Assembly (NCBI GenBank): GCA_904399395.1
Contig: CAJFPJ010000047.1
Location: 14,323 to 78,322, forward strand
DNA from: an uncultured Clostridia bacterium
GTDB lineage: Bacteria; Bacillota; Clostridia; Oscillospirales; Acutalibacteraceae
Reading direction: 5' to 3'
Length of the DNA: 64,000 nt
Positions within the stretch are counted from its first letter, which is position 1. Each line of letters starts with the position of its first letter. Below, piece after piece: positions 20,717 through 29,575 of this stretch. A program made the translations under genes and the position numbers. A model generated the notes under the pieces. The model was given only the letters and a program-made list of their open reading frames with translations. It was not told the DNA's origin and searched no databases.

Positions 20717-20772
20717 AGAAACGGCCCACTGAGTGGCCCGGAATCTGTATACGAGCGAAAAAGGGCATAGAA

Positions 20773-20818
20773 CAGCCGGGCTTGGCACAGATATGCGCAG
20801 CCCGGCTGGTTTATTTTC
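20773..20818 (+). terminator. Terminator after EIIA gene (cagccgggc/gcccggctg + T-rich)
   Basis: 9-bp GC-rich stem followed by gtttatttt. Confidence 0.5.
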
Positions 20819-20880
20819 AGCAATTGAAGAAGATATGATGAGAGAAACAGAAAATAAAAATCTGTTTCGACGATAAACCG

Positions 20881-21699
20881 TTAATAGGAAAAGCAGAATC
20901 TATCCCCCAGCCACCGGAGAGCCAGATCCACCCATGGACGGCAGGAAGAGCTGACGCTGTTGGATTCTTCATCGCAGGTGGAAAGGCCGTGATTGCCTTC
21001 GGCGAACAGATGGCATTCAAAGGGAATATGGTGTTTCTGCAGAGCAGCGGCATACAGAAGGGAGTTTTCCACGGGGACGGCAGGATCGGATACGGTATGC
21101 CACAGGAAAGTGGGAGGAGTATCCTTGGTTACATGCTTTTCCAGAGACCAGAAATCCCATTCTTCCCCTGGCTCTTTACTGCCGGATATATTCACGATAG
21201 AAGAGCGGTGAGCGAATTCCCCGGCAGTTATCACAGGATAGCAGAGTATGGCGGCGTTGGGCTTGTTTTCACCCGGCTCTATAGAAAGGGAGGCGAGAAG
21301 ATCCGGGTGGTTCCAATAAACGGAAAGGCTGGCTGCCAAATGGCCTCCTGCAGAAAAGCCCAGAACGGCTATCTGATCTGGGAAGACGGCCCATTCCTCG
21401 GCCCGAGCCTTTTTCCGGATAAGGGCTACAGAGGCGGATATCTCCTGCAGAGGCTGCATATGGGAGATTTCTTTTGGTGCTACAGAATATTCCAGGACGA
21501 AGACCTGATAGCCTCTGGAGAAAAACGCCATAGCCGGCGGATCGAATTCCCGCCGGCTGAGAAATTCATAGCCGCCTCCGGGGCAGATCACTAAAGCCGG
21601 TCTCTTCAGCCGGTTAGGCAGCTCATCGGGGCAATTGTCGTGCAGATAAGCGGTGAGCCGGGCTCCTGCTTCCAGGACCGGCAGACGGATGATTTCCAT
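20881..21699 (-). CDS. Alpha/beta hydrolase (esterase/lipase fold-3-like)
   Basis: PGGGY oxyanion region and the GFSAGGH nucleophile elbow. RBS aaaggag lies before ATG 21699. Confidence 0.8.
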   Translation of the reverse strand: MEIIRLPVLEAGARLTAYLHDNCPDELPNRLKRPALVICPGGGYEFLSRREFDPPAMAFFSRGYQVFVLEYSVAPKEISHMQPLQEISASVALIRKKARAEEWAVFPDQIAVLGFSAGGHLAASLSVYWNHPDLLASLSIEPGENKPNAAILCYPVITAGEFAHRSSIVNISGSKEPGEEWDFWSLEKHVTKDTPPTFLWHTVSDPAVPVENSLLYAAALQKHHIPFECHLFAEGNHGLSTCDEESNSVSSSCRPWVDLALRWLGDRFCFSY

Positions 21700-21957
21700 A
21701 GAAGAAGCTCCTTTCAGAGGAATACAGTCGATGTTTTGGTTCCTATTCATTATACTGCTGCTCGTTGTGCGGATCCAGGCTTTTCTGCGGATTTATCTAA
21801 AATATTGCTTTTTTACTGCTACACTATGATATACTATATCTAAAAGAGTTTCAGAACCGGTATGCTTTTCAGTAGGGGCAGCAATGCTTCTGCTGCGGGC
21901 TTTCCCGGGGAACGAGACTCGCAAACCCTGTAATAAAGAATGGGAGGAGATGAAACT

Positions 21958-22461
21958 ATGCAGGTTATGGAAGCGATTGAAAGCCGCAGAAGCATCAGAA
22001 ACTATTTGCAAAAGCCTGTGGAAGCTGAAAAGCTGCATAAGGTGCTGGAGGCAGGGCGGAAAGCTCCCTCTGCCAGAAACAGGCAGGAATGGAAGCTGAT
22101 CGCTGTGACAGCACCGGAATTGCTTGCCCGGATGCCGGAAGCCTGCTGTGGGCAGAAGATGGTGGGGCAGGCCCCAGCCGTTTTAGTGGTGTGCTCCACA
22201 AAAGGCGGGCTTATGAACTGTGGGCAGGAAAGCTCCACGGTGGATTGCTCCATCGCTATGAGTTTTATGATGCTGGAGGCGGCAGAACTGGGTTTGGGTA
22301 CTTGCTGGCTGGGCGCTTTTGATGCCCCTGCGGTTTCCAAACTTTTGGATCTTCCGCCTGATTGGGTGCCGGTGGTGGTGTCTCCACTGGGATATCCTGG
22401 GGAATCTCCCGCCGCCCGCCCCAGAAAGGATGCGGCGGATGTGGTGGTGAAGATGGAGTAA
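21958..22461 (+). CDS. Nitroreductase family protein
   Basis: AIESRRSIRNY...APSARNRQEW is the nitroreductase signature. RBS gggaggag. Confidence 0.85.
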   Translation: MQVMEAIESRRSIRNYLQKPVEAEKLHKVLEAGRKAPSARNRQEWKLIAVTAPELLARMPEACCGQKMVGQAPAVLVVCSTKGGLMNCGQESSTVDCSIAMSFMMLEAAELGLGTCWLGAFDAPAVSKLLDLPPDWVPVVVSPLGYPGESPAARPRKDAADVVVKME

Positions 22462-22530
22462 CAGCGTTTTTCATACTTCACAATACCCGCCATTTTCCTG
22501 CTCTCAGCCGGTAAAGAGAAAACTGGAAGA

Positions 22531-22561
22531 AAAAAGAGACGGAAACTTCCGTCTCTTTTTT
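22531..22561. terminator. Bidirectional terminator between nitroreductase and flavodoxin genes
   Basis: agagacgga-aact-tccgtctct flanked by A- and T-runs. Confidence 0.7.
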
Positions 22562-22659
22562 CGTGTGTTATATGCGCTTGTGATATGTAAAAGAGTGTGC
22601 AAGGGAGAAAAGAGGCAGAGAAGCCGCCGGTCTTGCTCTCCTCTGGCCTGGGCCCCGGA

Positions 22660-23085
22660 CTATTTTGTAAGGGCTGCCCCCAGGGCGCTGCACTCTGCAA
22701 CGGCGTCATCATCCGGGGCATTGTTGCAGATCACACTGTCGCACACAAGGATGGCTCCATCCCCCGTGCAGGTTTCCTCCCAGTTGCGAATCCATTCACC
22801 GTCTCCCCAGCCATAGGAACCGAAGAGGGCGACCTTTTTTCCTCTGAGATTTGGCTCACAGCTTATGAACATAGGCTCAAATTCGCTTTCCTCCAGCTGT
22901 TCGGCCCCCATAGAGGGGCAGCCAAAGGCGATTGCGTCATAATCTCCTATAGAATCGGGTGCAAACTCAGCAGAAGTGAAAAGCTCAGCCTCGGCTCCTG
23001 CTTCCTTGGCTCCTGCCAGCACTGCTTCAGCCATAGCCTGGGTGTTTCCTGTGCCGCTCCAATATACGACTGCAATTTTGCTCAT
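22660..23085 (-). CDS. Short-chain flavodoxin
   Basis: MSKIAVVYWSGTGNTQAMAE is the flavodoxin FMN-binding start; 141 aa. Confidence 0.9.
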   Translation of the reverse strand: MSKIAVVYWSGTGNTQAMAEAVLAGAKEAGAEAELFTSAEFAPDSIGDYDAIAFGCPSMGAEQLEESEFEPMFISCEPNLRGKKVALFGSYGWGDGEWIRNWEETCTGDGAILVCDSVICNNAPDDDAVAECSALGAALTK

Positions 23086-23129
23086 AATGGATCCAACCTT
23101 TCTTTAACGTAATACGTTTTCAATTTATA

Positions 23130-23684
23130 TCAAGCGGCTACGGTTAGCCGCAGGATAGACGTTCCTTCTTTCAGCTTTTGGCAATAGATATCCGTGCATT
23201 TTCTGTATTTTATAAACAGCTTCTGAGCCTTCTCTTCGTCTTCATATACTTTCCAGCAGCCGGAACATTTGCAGTTGCGTCCTTTATTTTCGATAAAGCC
23301 TTTTACATCCGCCAGAGGATACCCCAGAAACAGGCCGATTTCATGGGGAAATTCAGAGTTTTCCCGCAGCCGCAGTGAAAGACGACGAAAGATTTCATAT
23401 AAATCGTCTTTCTGGGTATAGCCGTATGTCTCTAAGAAAGCACAGGCGTCCGGTGAAAAGAGATCCCGTTCCAGCTGATTTTTCCGGTATACATAGATAA
23501 GAAACCATCCCGGGCGGCTGCAAAATGCTTTCACATAGACACCTTTTGGGTTGAACATCCGGTTCCAGCGGCGCAGTATGCAGAAAAGCTTTTTCCGGCA
23601 GGCGCATCTGCACCCGAAGAGGCTCCCCGTCTTGATGCCTGCCAGCGTTGGGGAACAGTGCATAACCAGCAGTTGCTCAGACAT
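23130..23684 (-). CDS. DUF3793 family protein (Cys-rich, unknown function)
   Basis: CSPTLAGIKTGSLF, EFPHEIGLFLGYP and CSGCWKVY match my recollection of DUF3793. Confidence 0.75.
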   Translation of the reverse strand: MSEQLLVMHCSPTLAGIKTGSLFGCRCACRKKLFCILRRWNRMFNPKGVYVKAFCSRPGWFLIYVYRKNQLERDLFSPDACAFLETYGYTQKDDLYEIFRRLSLRLRENSEFPHEIGLFLGYPLADVKGFIENKGRNCKCSGCWKVYEDEEKAQKLFIKYRKCTDIYCQKLKEGTSILRLTVAA

Positions 23685-23976
23685 TTTTGCCTCCCTGCAG
23701 AACATGCGTATCCAGAATATTTCTAAGCGAAGCCATAGAGCTGGAATGGGAGCGAGCCACCACTGTTCCCTCGCCCTTCAGGTTGTTCATGGCGCAGCGC
23801 ACCATTTTGTGCGACACAGTATTGGTAAAAAGAATCAGGAGATCGGGGCATCCGATCTTATCCTTCATAGAACTGGTCATTTGTGTGAAAACCTTGGGCT
23901 TACAGTTATACTGCTCGCAAAGAGATTTATAGCGGCAGACCATGCAGTCGTTTCCGCCGATGATGACAATACTCAT
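23677..23976 (-). CDS. DUF2325 domain protein (unknown function)
   Basis: MSIVIIGGND...DLLILFTNTVSHKMV...HSSS fits the DUF2325 pattern. It overlaps the DUF3793 start by 8 nt. Confidence 0.75.
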   Translation of the reverse strand: MSIVIIGGNDCMVCRYKSLCEQYNCKPKVFTQMTSSMKDKIGCPDLLILFTNTVSHKMVRCAMNNLKGEGTVVARSHSSSMASLRNILDTHVLQGGKNV

Positions 23977-24098
23977 TACAGTGCTCCTTTCTCCGGTTCT
24001 GCCTGTTTTTTCTGCTGGTTCCCTGCCTGTCTTTCTGATTTGTGTGGTTTTTCAGTTGTATATGCTGATATTTTGCAAAAAGCTTTAAAAAGAATATT

Positions 24099-24114
24099 GT
24101 TAGTTGGAACTAAC
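24099..24114. promoter_or_regulatory. Palindrome GTTAGTT-GG-AACTAAC (candidate operator, copy 1)
   Basis: 7-2-7 inverted repeat, 123 nt upstream of the DUF2325 start. Same arms as the copy at 24389-24408. Confidence 0.45.
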
Positions 24115-24388
24115 TAAATGGTGCTTTAATGCCGAAAATATGCTGAAAGAAAACGTGGAAAGAGGGCGCCCCCACCTGGAATGTCAGGTTTTGCCTTTTG
24201 AAGTCAACAATATTTCAATCCGATTTTCAGCTTTTTCTTCAGCCGCTGGATAAGTGAACAGCTTTTTCCCATATCTGTTCCGGGTCAATTTGAAAGGAAA
24301 CGCTGCATTTCTAAATATCTATGGGATACGGCTTTCTGTAAACCAAAGCTTTATATTCATGTTAGTTTAATCAAATGTGGAAATAGAT

Positions 24389-24408
24389 AAGTTAGTTTTA
24401 ACTAACTT
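24389..24408. promoter_or_regulatory. Palindrome AAGTTAGTT-TT-AACTAACTT (candidate operator, copy 2)
   Basis: Perfect 9-2-9 inverted repeat, directly downstream of a minus-strand TTGACA-N17-TATACT promoter. Confidence 0.5.
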
Positions 24409-24413
24409 ATTAT

Positions 24414-24442
24414 AGTATAAATGATGCGGCGGACGTTGTCAA
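24414..24442 (-). promoter_or_regulatory. SigA-type promoter, minus strand (TTGACA-N17-TATACT)
   Basis: The reverse complement of 24414-24442 reads TTGACAacgtccgccgcatcattTATACT. It points toward the DUF2325 operon, about 430 nt away. Confidence 0.5.
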
Positions 24443-24678
24443 GAGAAAGATCTTCGGGGCGGCATATGGATTTGTGGCTTTTGAAATGATGAGAAATAGC
24501 GGAGGAAGACGGGTTCTGCGCTATAAAGATCCGATAAAAAGCAGAAGCACTGCAGCCGCCTCCCGGAAAAACGATCCGTTGGAACGGTCAAGGAAGAGCG
24601 GCTGCAGGCAGAGCCCGCACAGCGGCGGAAAAGATTCTTCTGTGGGTAATTGAGAAACGGATTTTTTCGCCGGCATTC

Positions 24679-25905
24679 TCAGAAAATGTCGATCCGTTTT
24701 TCTCTGCCGGAGATAAACCACGCGCCGAAAACACCGGAAAGAAAGGTGAAAACGGAGAGAAGCGTCTCGACCCAGGGTGGATTTTCCAGACGGAAGCCCT
24801 TATTGAAGATCCATTCCCAGACAAAATAGGCCAGCACCACAAGGAGCATGGAAAAGGCCGCACAGGCCGTAAAATTCCGGCACAACCGAGAAATACACAC
24901 GCTCAGAAGGGATAGGCCCAACCCCGTTATGAACCAGAGTAGGAAGAGAAGGGCAATATACCCCCCAAGGGTGAAATCCACCCAGTAAAACAGGTAATCG
25001 TTGAGAAAGCCCATCAAGGGAAGATTCCAATAGGATAGAATGCCGTCTTTTGCATAGATCAGGAAAACAGGCAGGGCGAATACCAGCATAAGCAGGGCTG
25101 CGACGGCGGCTGCCGCCTGGAATTCCGCCCGGAGAAGGGCGCGCCCCTCCCGGCAGGTATATTGCAGGAGATGCACCTTTCGGCTCCTGCTGCTCCATAC
25201 GCAGGGAAGAAAGAGAAAGATCAGGCAGCACAGGGCAAAAAACGTATATGGTACGGCGTAGGCATATACCACTGTGGAAACAAGACTTGGCAGCGGCGAA
25301 TCCATGGAACCGCTTAAAATTTCTTCCATCCGTGCTTTTTGATTTTCGGAATAGTCTTCAAGTATATATGGATTTACCTTTTGGCGGCTGTCAAACGCTT
25401 CCTGTAACTGCTGAAAAGAGGAATTGGCACTTCTGTGCATATTTTCCTCCATAAGCAAATCTGCTTTCTCAAGAATGCCGTAAATGGTTTCGTCCGTGGC
25501 GTAAAGTTTGTCTATCTCGGGATCGTTCTCTTCGGAGGCTTTCTGTATGGCTTCCTGCAGAGCGTCGTAATCCGCAACGGAGGAGATCCCTAAAGCATGA
25601 CACGCTTCATTGGTTTGGAAAAAATCCTCCAGCTTTTCTGGATCGGGAAGCCTTTCCCGGAGGGTATCCAGATCCGCCTGGGTAACGTATCTGTCTCCTC
25701 TTTCAAGAATGATCCGGGCCAGTTCCCGTTCCAGTTGGTTTTGGCTGACAAAACCGTATGTTTCAAAATTGTCGAAATACAAAACGTATCGGTAGGTGTT
25801 TTTTTGGGCATAGAGAATCGCCGTTAGCCCGGCAAGCAGAATAAGAACAGCAAGGAGGAATCTGCCGCTGCAGATCCGGCGGAACTCGGCCGAAAAAAGC
25901 TTCAT
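24679..25905 (-). CDS. ABC-2-like permease paralog C (1 TM, helical ectodomain of about 200 aa, 5 TM)
   Basis: Begins MKLFSAEFRR. RBS aaggggag. Shares the block LSLLSVCISRLCRNFTACAAFS with paralog B. Confidence 0.7.
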   Translation of the reverse strand: MKLFSAEFRRICSGRFLLAVLILLAGLTAILYAQKNTYRYVLYFDNFETYGFVSQNQLERELARIILERGDRYVTQADLDTLRERLPDPEKLEDFFQTNEACHALGISSVADYDALQEAIQKASEENDPEIDKLYATDETIYGILEKADLLMEENMHRSANSSFQQLQEAFDSRQKVNPYILEDYSENQKARMEEILSGSMDSPLPSLVSTVVYAYAVPYTFFALCCLIFLFLPCVWSSRSRKVHLLQYTCREGRALLRAEFQAAAAVAALLMLVFALPVFLIYAKDGILSYWNLPLMGFLNDYLFYWVDFTLGGYIALLFLLWFITGLGLSLLSVCISRLCRNFTACAAFSMLLVVLAYFVWEWIFNKGFRLENPPWVETLLSVFTFLSGVFGAWFISGREKRIDIF

Positions 25906-25992
25906 AGGGATAGCTCCCCTTTCGAAGTGTGTATATGCACATGCGCACAAAAACGGTTTGCCGATGGCAGCAATGCATGAAAATATGAAGAA

Positions 25993-27234
25993 TCAGGTGA
26001 TATCCACTTTTTGCTCCCTGCGGGAAAGAAAAATGGCTCCGGCGATTCCCAGCAGCAGGATAAGGGCGGCGAAAATCGTTTCTTCAAATTTGGGAAAATA
26101 GAGGGAAAAAGAAGAGGATATAATTCGGTTTCCAATGAGAAATGCAGCTGCCAGAAGGGGGAGGGAACAAGCGACGCAGGCCACAAAATTCCGGCAGAGG
26201 CGGGAGATGCACACGCTCAGAAGGGTGAGACCGGCACAGAGGGCATAGGTGAGCAGAACCATCAGGAAGAAATAGGTTCCTACGCTTATATCGAACCAGA
26301 GATATGTGCTGGAAAGGAACCCGGAAACCGGCAGGGCCAAATAATCGAAAAAGCCGTATTGGGCCATGAGGCACAGGATGGGGATTAAGAATATGGTGAG
26401 AAGCAGAAGAGCGGCGAATAGAGCTGCCAGAAATTCTATCCACAGAATCTTTCTTCCTGCTTTGGCGGTATACTGCAGATAGTGAATGTTCTGTTTTCTG
26501 TTTTTCCATACGGTGGTTACAAAAAGAAAGGAAAACAGGATGTAGGAAAAAAGCGTGAAGGGCATCGTCAGATTCACAGTCAAAAGGCTTAGCAGCATGG
26601 GAAAGGTGGGGGCGTCCATGGGGCCTTCGTATATTTCCCGCAGCCTTGCTTTCTGGCTTTCGGAGGTATAGACATCCTTTACATACGAATTGGGTTCATG
26701 GCGGTTGGCATAGTCCTCCCGGATGGAATCCACTATTTTTTCGTTAAATAGCCATTCGTGGATTTCAGTGTCCTTTCCGGAAGCGGTGATGATATTCCAA
26801 ATTTGTTCATACCGTTCCTGCAGCGCAGGGAGCGTGGGATCATCCGGAGCGTCGCTGGTTTCCTTGAAATAGGCGTCGTTCCACTCTTTTTCCAGCTTTT
26901 TATAGTCCTCCAGGGAGGAGACGCCATATTGGCGGAAAGCTTCCGTATTTCGGAAAAAGGCGTCCAGTTCCTCGGTTTTTGTCATCTCTTCCGAAAGAAC
27001 ATCCAAGTCCTCTTCCGTTACAGAGAGCCGCCCGTCCCCCAAAACAGAATCGGCCAGGTGTTTTTCAATATCGGTGTTGGATGTAGTGGAACCATCCGGC
27101 GGAGAAAGGTAGGTCTCCAGCGATTCGTTGGAGAAGGTCAGCAGGCTATAGGCATACACGATGCTGGCCAGGGCTACCACCAGAAGAAATCGGACGTTGA
27201 AAAGCTGCCTGAGTTCGGCAGAAAACAATTTCAT
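25993..27234 (-). CDS. ABC-2-like permease paralog B
   Basis: Begins MKLFSAELRQ. Strong RBS taaaggagg. Same topology as paralog C and shares the block LTLLSVCISRLCRNFVACVACS. The upstream part of the 625-aa ORF overlaps paralog A and is rejected. Confidence 0.7.
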   Translation of the reverse strand: MKLFSAELRQLFNVRFLLVVALASIVYAYSLLTFSNESLETYLSPPDGSTTSNTDIEKHLADSVLGDGRLSVTEEDLDVLSEEMTKTEELDAFFRNTEAFRQYGVSSLEDYKKLEKEWNDAYFKETSDAPDDPTLPALQERYEQIWNIITASGKDTEIHEWLFNEKIVDSIREDYANRHEPNSYVKDVYTSESQKARLREIYEGPMDAPTFPMLLSLLTVNLTMPFTLFSYILFSFLFVTTVWKNRKQNIHYLQYTAKAGRKILWIEFLAALFAALLLLTIFLIPILCLMAQYGFFDYLALPVSGFLSSTYLWFDISVGTYFFLMVLLTYALCAGLTLLSVCISRLCRNFVACVACSLPLLAAAFLIGNRIISSSFSLYFPKFEETIFAALILLLGIAGAIFLSRREQKVDIT

Positions 27235-27311
27235 AAAAAGACCTCCTTTAGCATTGCCGCCCCTGTGGGGGCGGAGAAGGCGGGAAAGTGGGGCTGTCGA
27301 GCAAGTTCCTT

Positions 27312-28679
27312 TTACAGGGAGGCCCGGCGCAGGAAATACCGCCTGGCGCAGAGGAACAGCCCCGTGAGCAGAAGAGCCCATCCAAGCAGTGTGTATGCGT
27401 CCTGACCGGGAAGATAGGGAAGAAGAATGTATTGATCCTGGATTTGAGTCTGGAACAGGGAACAGAACCAATCCCCGCAGCGCATGAGCATAGCGAAGGG
27501 GCTGCATTGGGCAATCACTTTTGGGAGCCACAGGGGAAGGATATACGCGGGCAGCAGAAATACCCCGAATACTGCTGCAAAGGCCGCGATAGTCCCCAGG
27601 CTGCTGCGTGCAAAAAAGGAAACGCTCATCAGCAGAAGGGTAAAGAAAACCAACAGAAGAGCGCATATGGAAAGGGTTAGGAGAAAATACTGCCCCAGCG
27701 TCAGGGGCGCAAAGGGAACGGCCAGCTGCGTGGAAAGGCTGGAGGTGAGGTAAGCGTCCCAGAAAAGGCCGTATCCCGTCCGGGAAACATAGACAGCAAG
27801 GGGAACGGCAAAAATGAGCATGCTTCCAACAAGGCCGCAAGCGGCCGAAGCCAGAGCGGGGTATTTCCAATACCTTCTCCCGTGCAGGGTGGAATAAACA
27901 AGGGGAGCCGTGCGGGAAGCAAATTCCTGATTCATGGAAAAACTGAAGATAAGAAGGAGGAAAAGCAGGGAAAAAATCAAAAGGAAGCGGATTAGACTAT
28001 ACAGGCTCTCGTGCACATACTCTTTGTTGGGGAAAAGAGTGGCTCCTGCCCCTTCTTTGGAAAGGATTTCCGACTGTTTTTCCAGGTCTGTATAGGCGGA
28101 AAGGAAAAGTTCCTTTTCCGCTCCCGCAAGAGGGAGAACCTCCATAGCGGTTTTCTTTTTTGTTTTGAGGAAGGAAGGGGAAGCCGAGATTTGAAGGTCT
28201 TTCGGTTCCGGTATAAGGACAGGGGAAAGAGAATTCACAGTATCCGCTCGCCAAAGGAAGGCTTTTTCTTCTTCTGTAAGACCATAGCCCCCCTTTTCAT
28301 ATAACATGGAAAAGATAAGGTCGGCGGGGGCTTCCAGGCCCTCCTCCGGTTCGCCGTATGTTTTTCGGTATAGGGCTTCTACCTGTTCCCAGCTTTCCGC
28401 TTGCTCTTTCAAGAGCGTTTCGCGGGTCTCGTCCGTGATCTTTACGCCATATGCAGCGGCGATATCATTGAGGGAGTCAAGCGCCCCTTTCTGAAAAAAG
28501 ATGGGCTTGTTCCCGGCGATATAGCAGCCTGCCAGAAGAAAGAGAAGAAGAAAGGCGGGAAGAAATCGGGTTTCTGCGATTTTCCGAAGCTCATAGAGAA
28601 AAAGAGTTCCGCTTCGTTTGGAAAAATGGCCGGAACGGGCCCCTTTTCCGGTTGTCATGGCAGCGCCCGCCGGTTTCAT
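27312..28679 (-). CDS. ABC-2-like permease paralog A (divergent)
   Basis: Same topology: one TM, an acidic helical loop of about 200 aa, then 5-6 TMs. ATGA start/stop overlap with the ATPase. Confidence 0.7.
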   Translation of the reverse strand: MKPAGAAMTTGKGARSGHFSKRSGTLFLYELRKIAETRFLPAFLLLFLLAGCYIAGNKPIFFQKGALDSLNDIAAAYGVKITDETRETLLKEQAESWEQVEALYRKTYGEPEEGLEAPADLIFSMLYEKGGYGLTEEEKAFLWRADTVNSLSPVLIPEPKDLQISASPSFLKTKKKTAMEVLPLAGAEKELFLSAYTDLEKQSEILSKEGAGATLFPNKEYVHESLYSLIRFLLIFSLLFLLLIFSFSMNQEFASRTAPLVYSTLHGRRYWKYPALASAACGLVGSMLIFAVPLAVYVSRTGYGLFWDAYLTSSLSTQLAVPFAPLTLGQYFLLTLSICALLLVFFTLLLMSVSFFARSSLGTIAAFAAVFGVFLLPAYILPLWLPKVIAQCSPFAMLMRCGDWFCSLFQTQIQDQYILLPYLPGQDAYTLLGWALLLTGLFLCARRYFLRRASL

Positions 28680-29575
28680 TTCAAGGCCCCCTCTCCTGCG
28701 GCTTCCTGGGAATCTCTATACAGCCAGAGGAATACGTCTTCCAGATTGGGAGAAACAGGGGTAAAATCCTCTGTTGCGGCTCCTTCCTGAGGAATCAGGC
28801 GCAGGCGAACGTTCCCTTCTTCCTGCTTGCGGGAAAGCAGGAAGAAACGGTCGTCTTCTTCCATCCGGTCGGCTTCCCGTTGGGGAAGAGTGGTTTCGTA
28901 TACCCGGCCGGAAAGAAGGGAACAGATAGCTTCCGGTGAGTCACAGTGGGAAATTGTATGGTTTTGGATGAGGACAATCCTATCCGCAATGCTTTCGATA
29001 TCCGAAACGATGTGGGTGGAGAGCAGAACGATCTTATCCCGAGAAAGAGAGGAGATGATATTACGGAATTTGACCCTCTCTTTTGGATCCAGCCCGGCGG
29101 TGGGTTCATCCAAAATGAGAATTTCGGGGTCGTTGAGAAGAGCTTGGGCGATCCCTACCCGCTGAATCATACCCCCTGAAAATTTACGCATCTTCTTTTT
29201 TTCTACATCCGAAAGGCCCACCAGACGCAGGAGCTCTTCTGAACGCTCCCGGCCTTCCGCATGGGAAAGCCCCTTCAGGGCAGAAAGATAGTCCAGATAC
29301 TGACGGGGGCTTTTGCTGCGGTAATACCCGAATTCCTGTGGCAGATAGCCCAGCTTATCCCGGTATTCCCGATCCATCCGGCGAATATCCTGGCCGTTGT
29401 AGAGAATGTGCCCCTCCGTGGGGAAGAGAAGGGTGGTCAAAAGCTTGATGAGGGTGGTTTTCCCCGCTCCGTTGGGAGCCAGCAGGGCGGTCACGCCGGT
29501 TGTAAGCTCCAGAGAGACGGAATCAAGAGCCGTGAAGGATCCGTATCGTTTGGTGACGTTTTCAATAGAAAGCAT
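28676..29575 (-). CDS. ABC transporter ATP-binding protein (ABC-2 type, C-terminal DUF4162-like extension)
   Basis: Walker A APNGAGKTT, signature FSGGMIQR, Walker B ILILDEP. Confidence 0.9.
   Translation of the reverse strand: MLSIENVTKRYGSFTALDSVSLELTTGVTALLAPNGAGKTTLIKLLTTLLFPTEGHILYNGQDIRRMDREYRDKLGYLPQEFGYYRSKSPRQYLDYLSALKGLSHAEGRERSEELLRLVGLSDVEKKKMRKFSGGMIQRVGIAQALLNDPEILILDEPTAGLDPKERVKFRNIISSLSRDKIVLLSTHIVSDIESIADRIVLIQNHTISHCDSPEAICSLLSGRVYETTLPQREADRMEEDDRFFLLSRKQEEGNVRLRLIPQEGAATEDFTPVSPNLEDVFLWLYRDSQEAAGEGALK

Noticed and set aside
24421-24489. 22-codon plus-strand mini-ORF (MMRRTLSRERSSGRHMDLWLLK) just downstream of the 9-2-9 palindrome. Two minus-strand mini-ORFs also lie in the leader (13 and 21 codons).
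   Set aside because: None has an RBS and none shows distinctive features. They cannot be distinguished from chance ORFs.
27235-27870. Upstream 212 codons of the 625-aa ORF 25993-27870.
   Set aside because: This part overlaps the 3' end of permease paralog A in another frame and is Pro/Arg/Ser-rich. A strong RBS (taaaggagg) and the conserved MKLFSAE start at 27234 define the real gene.
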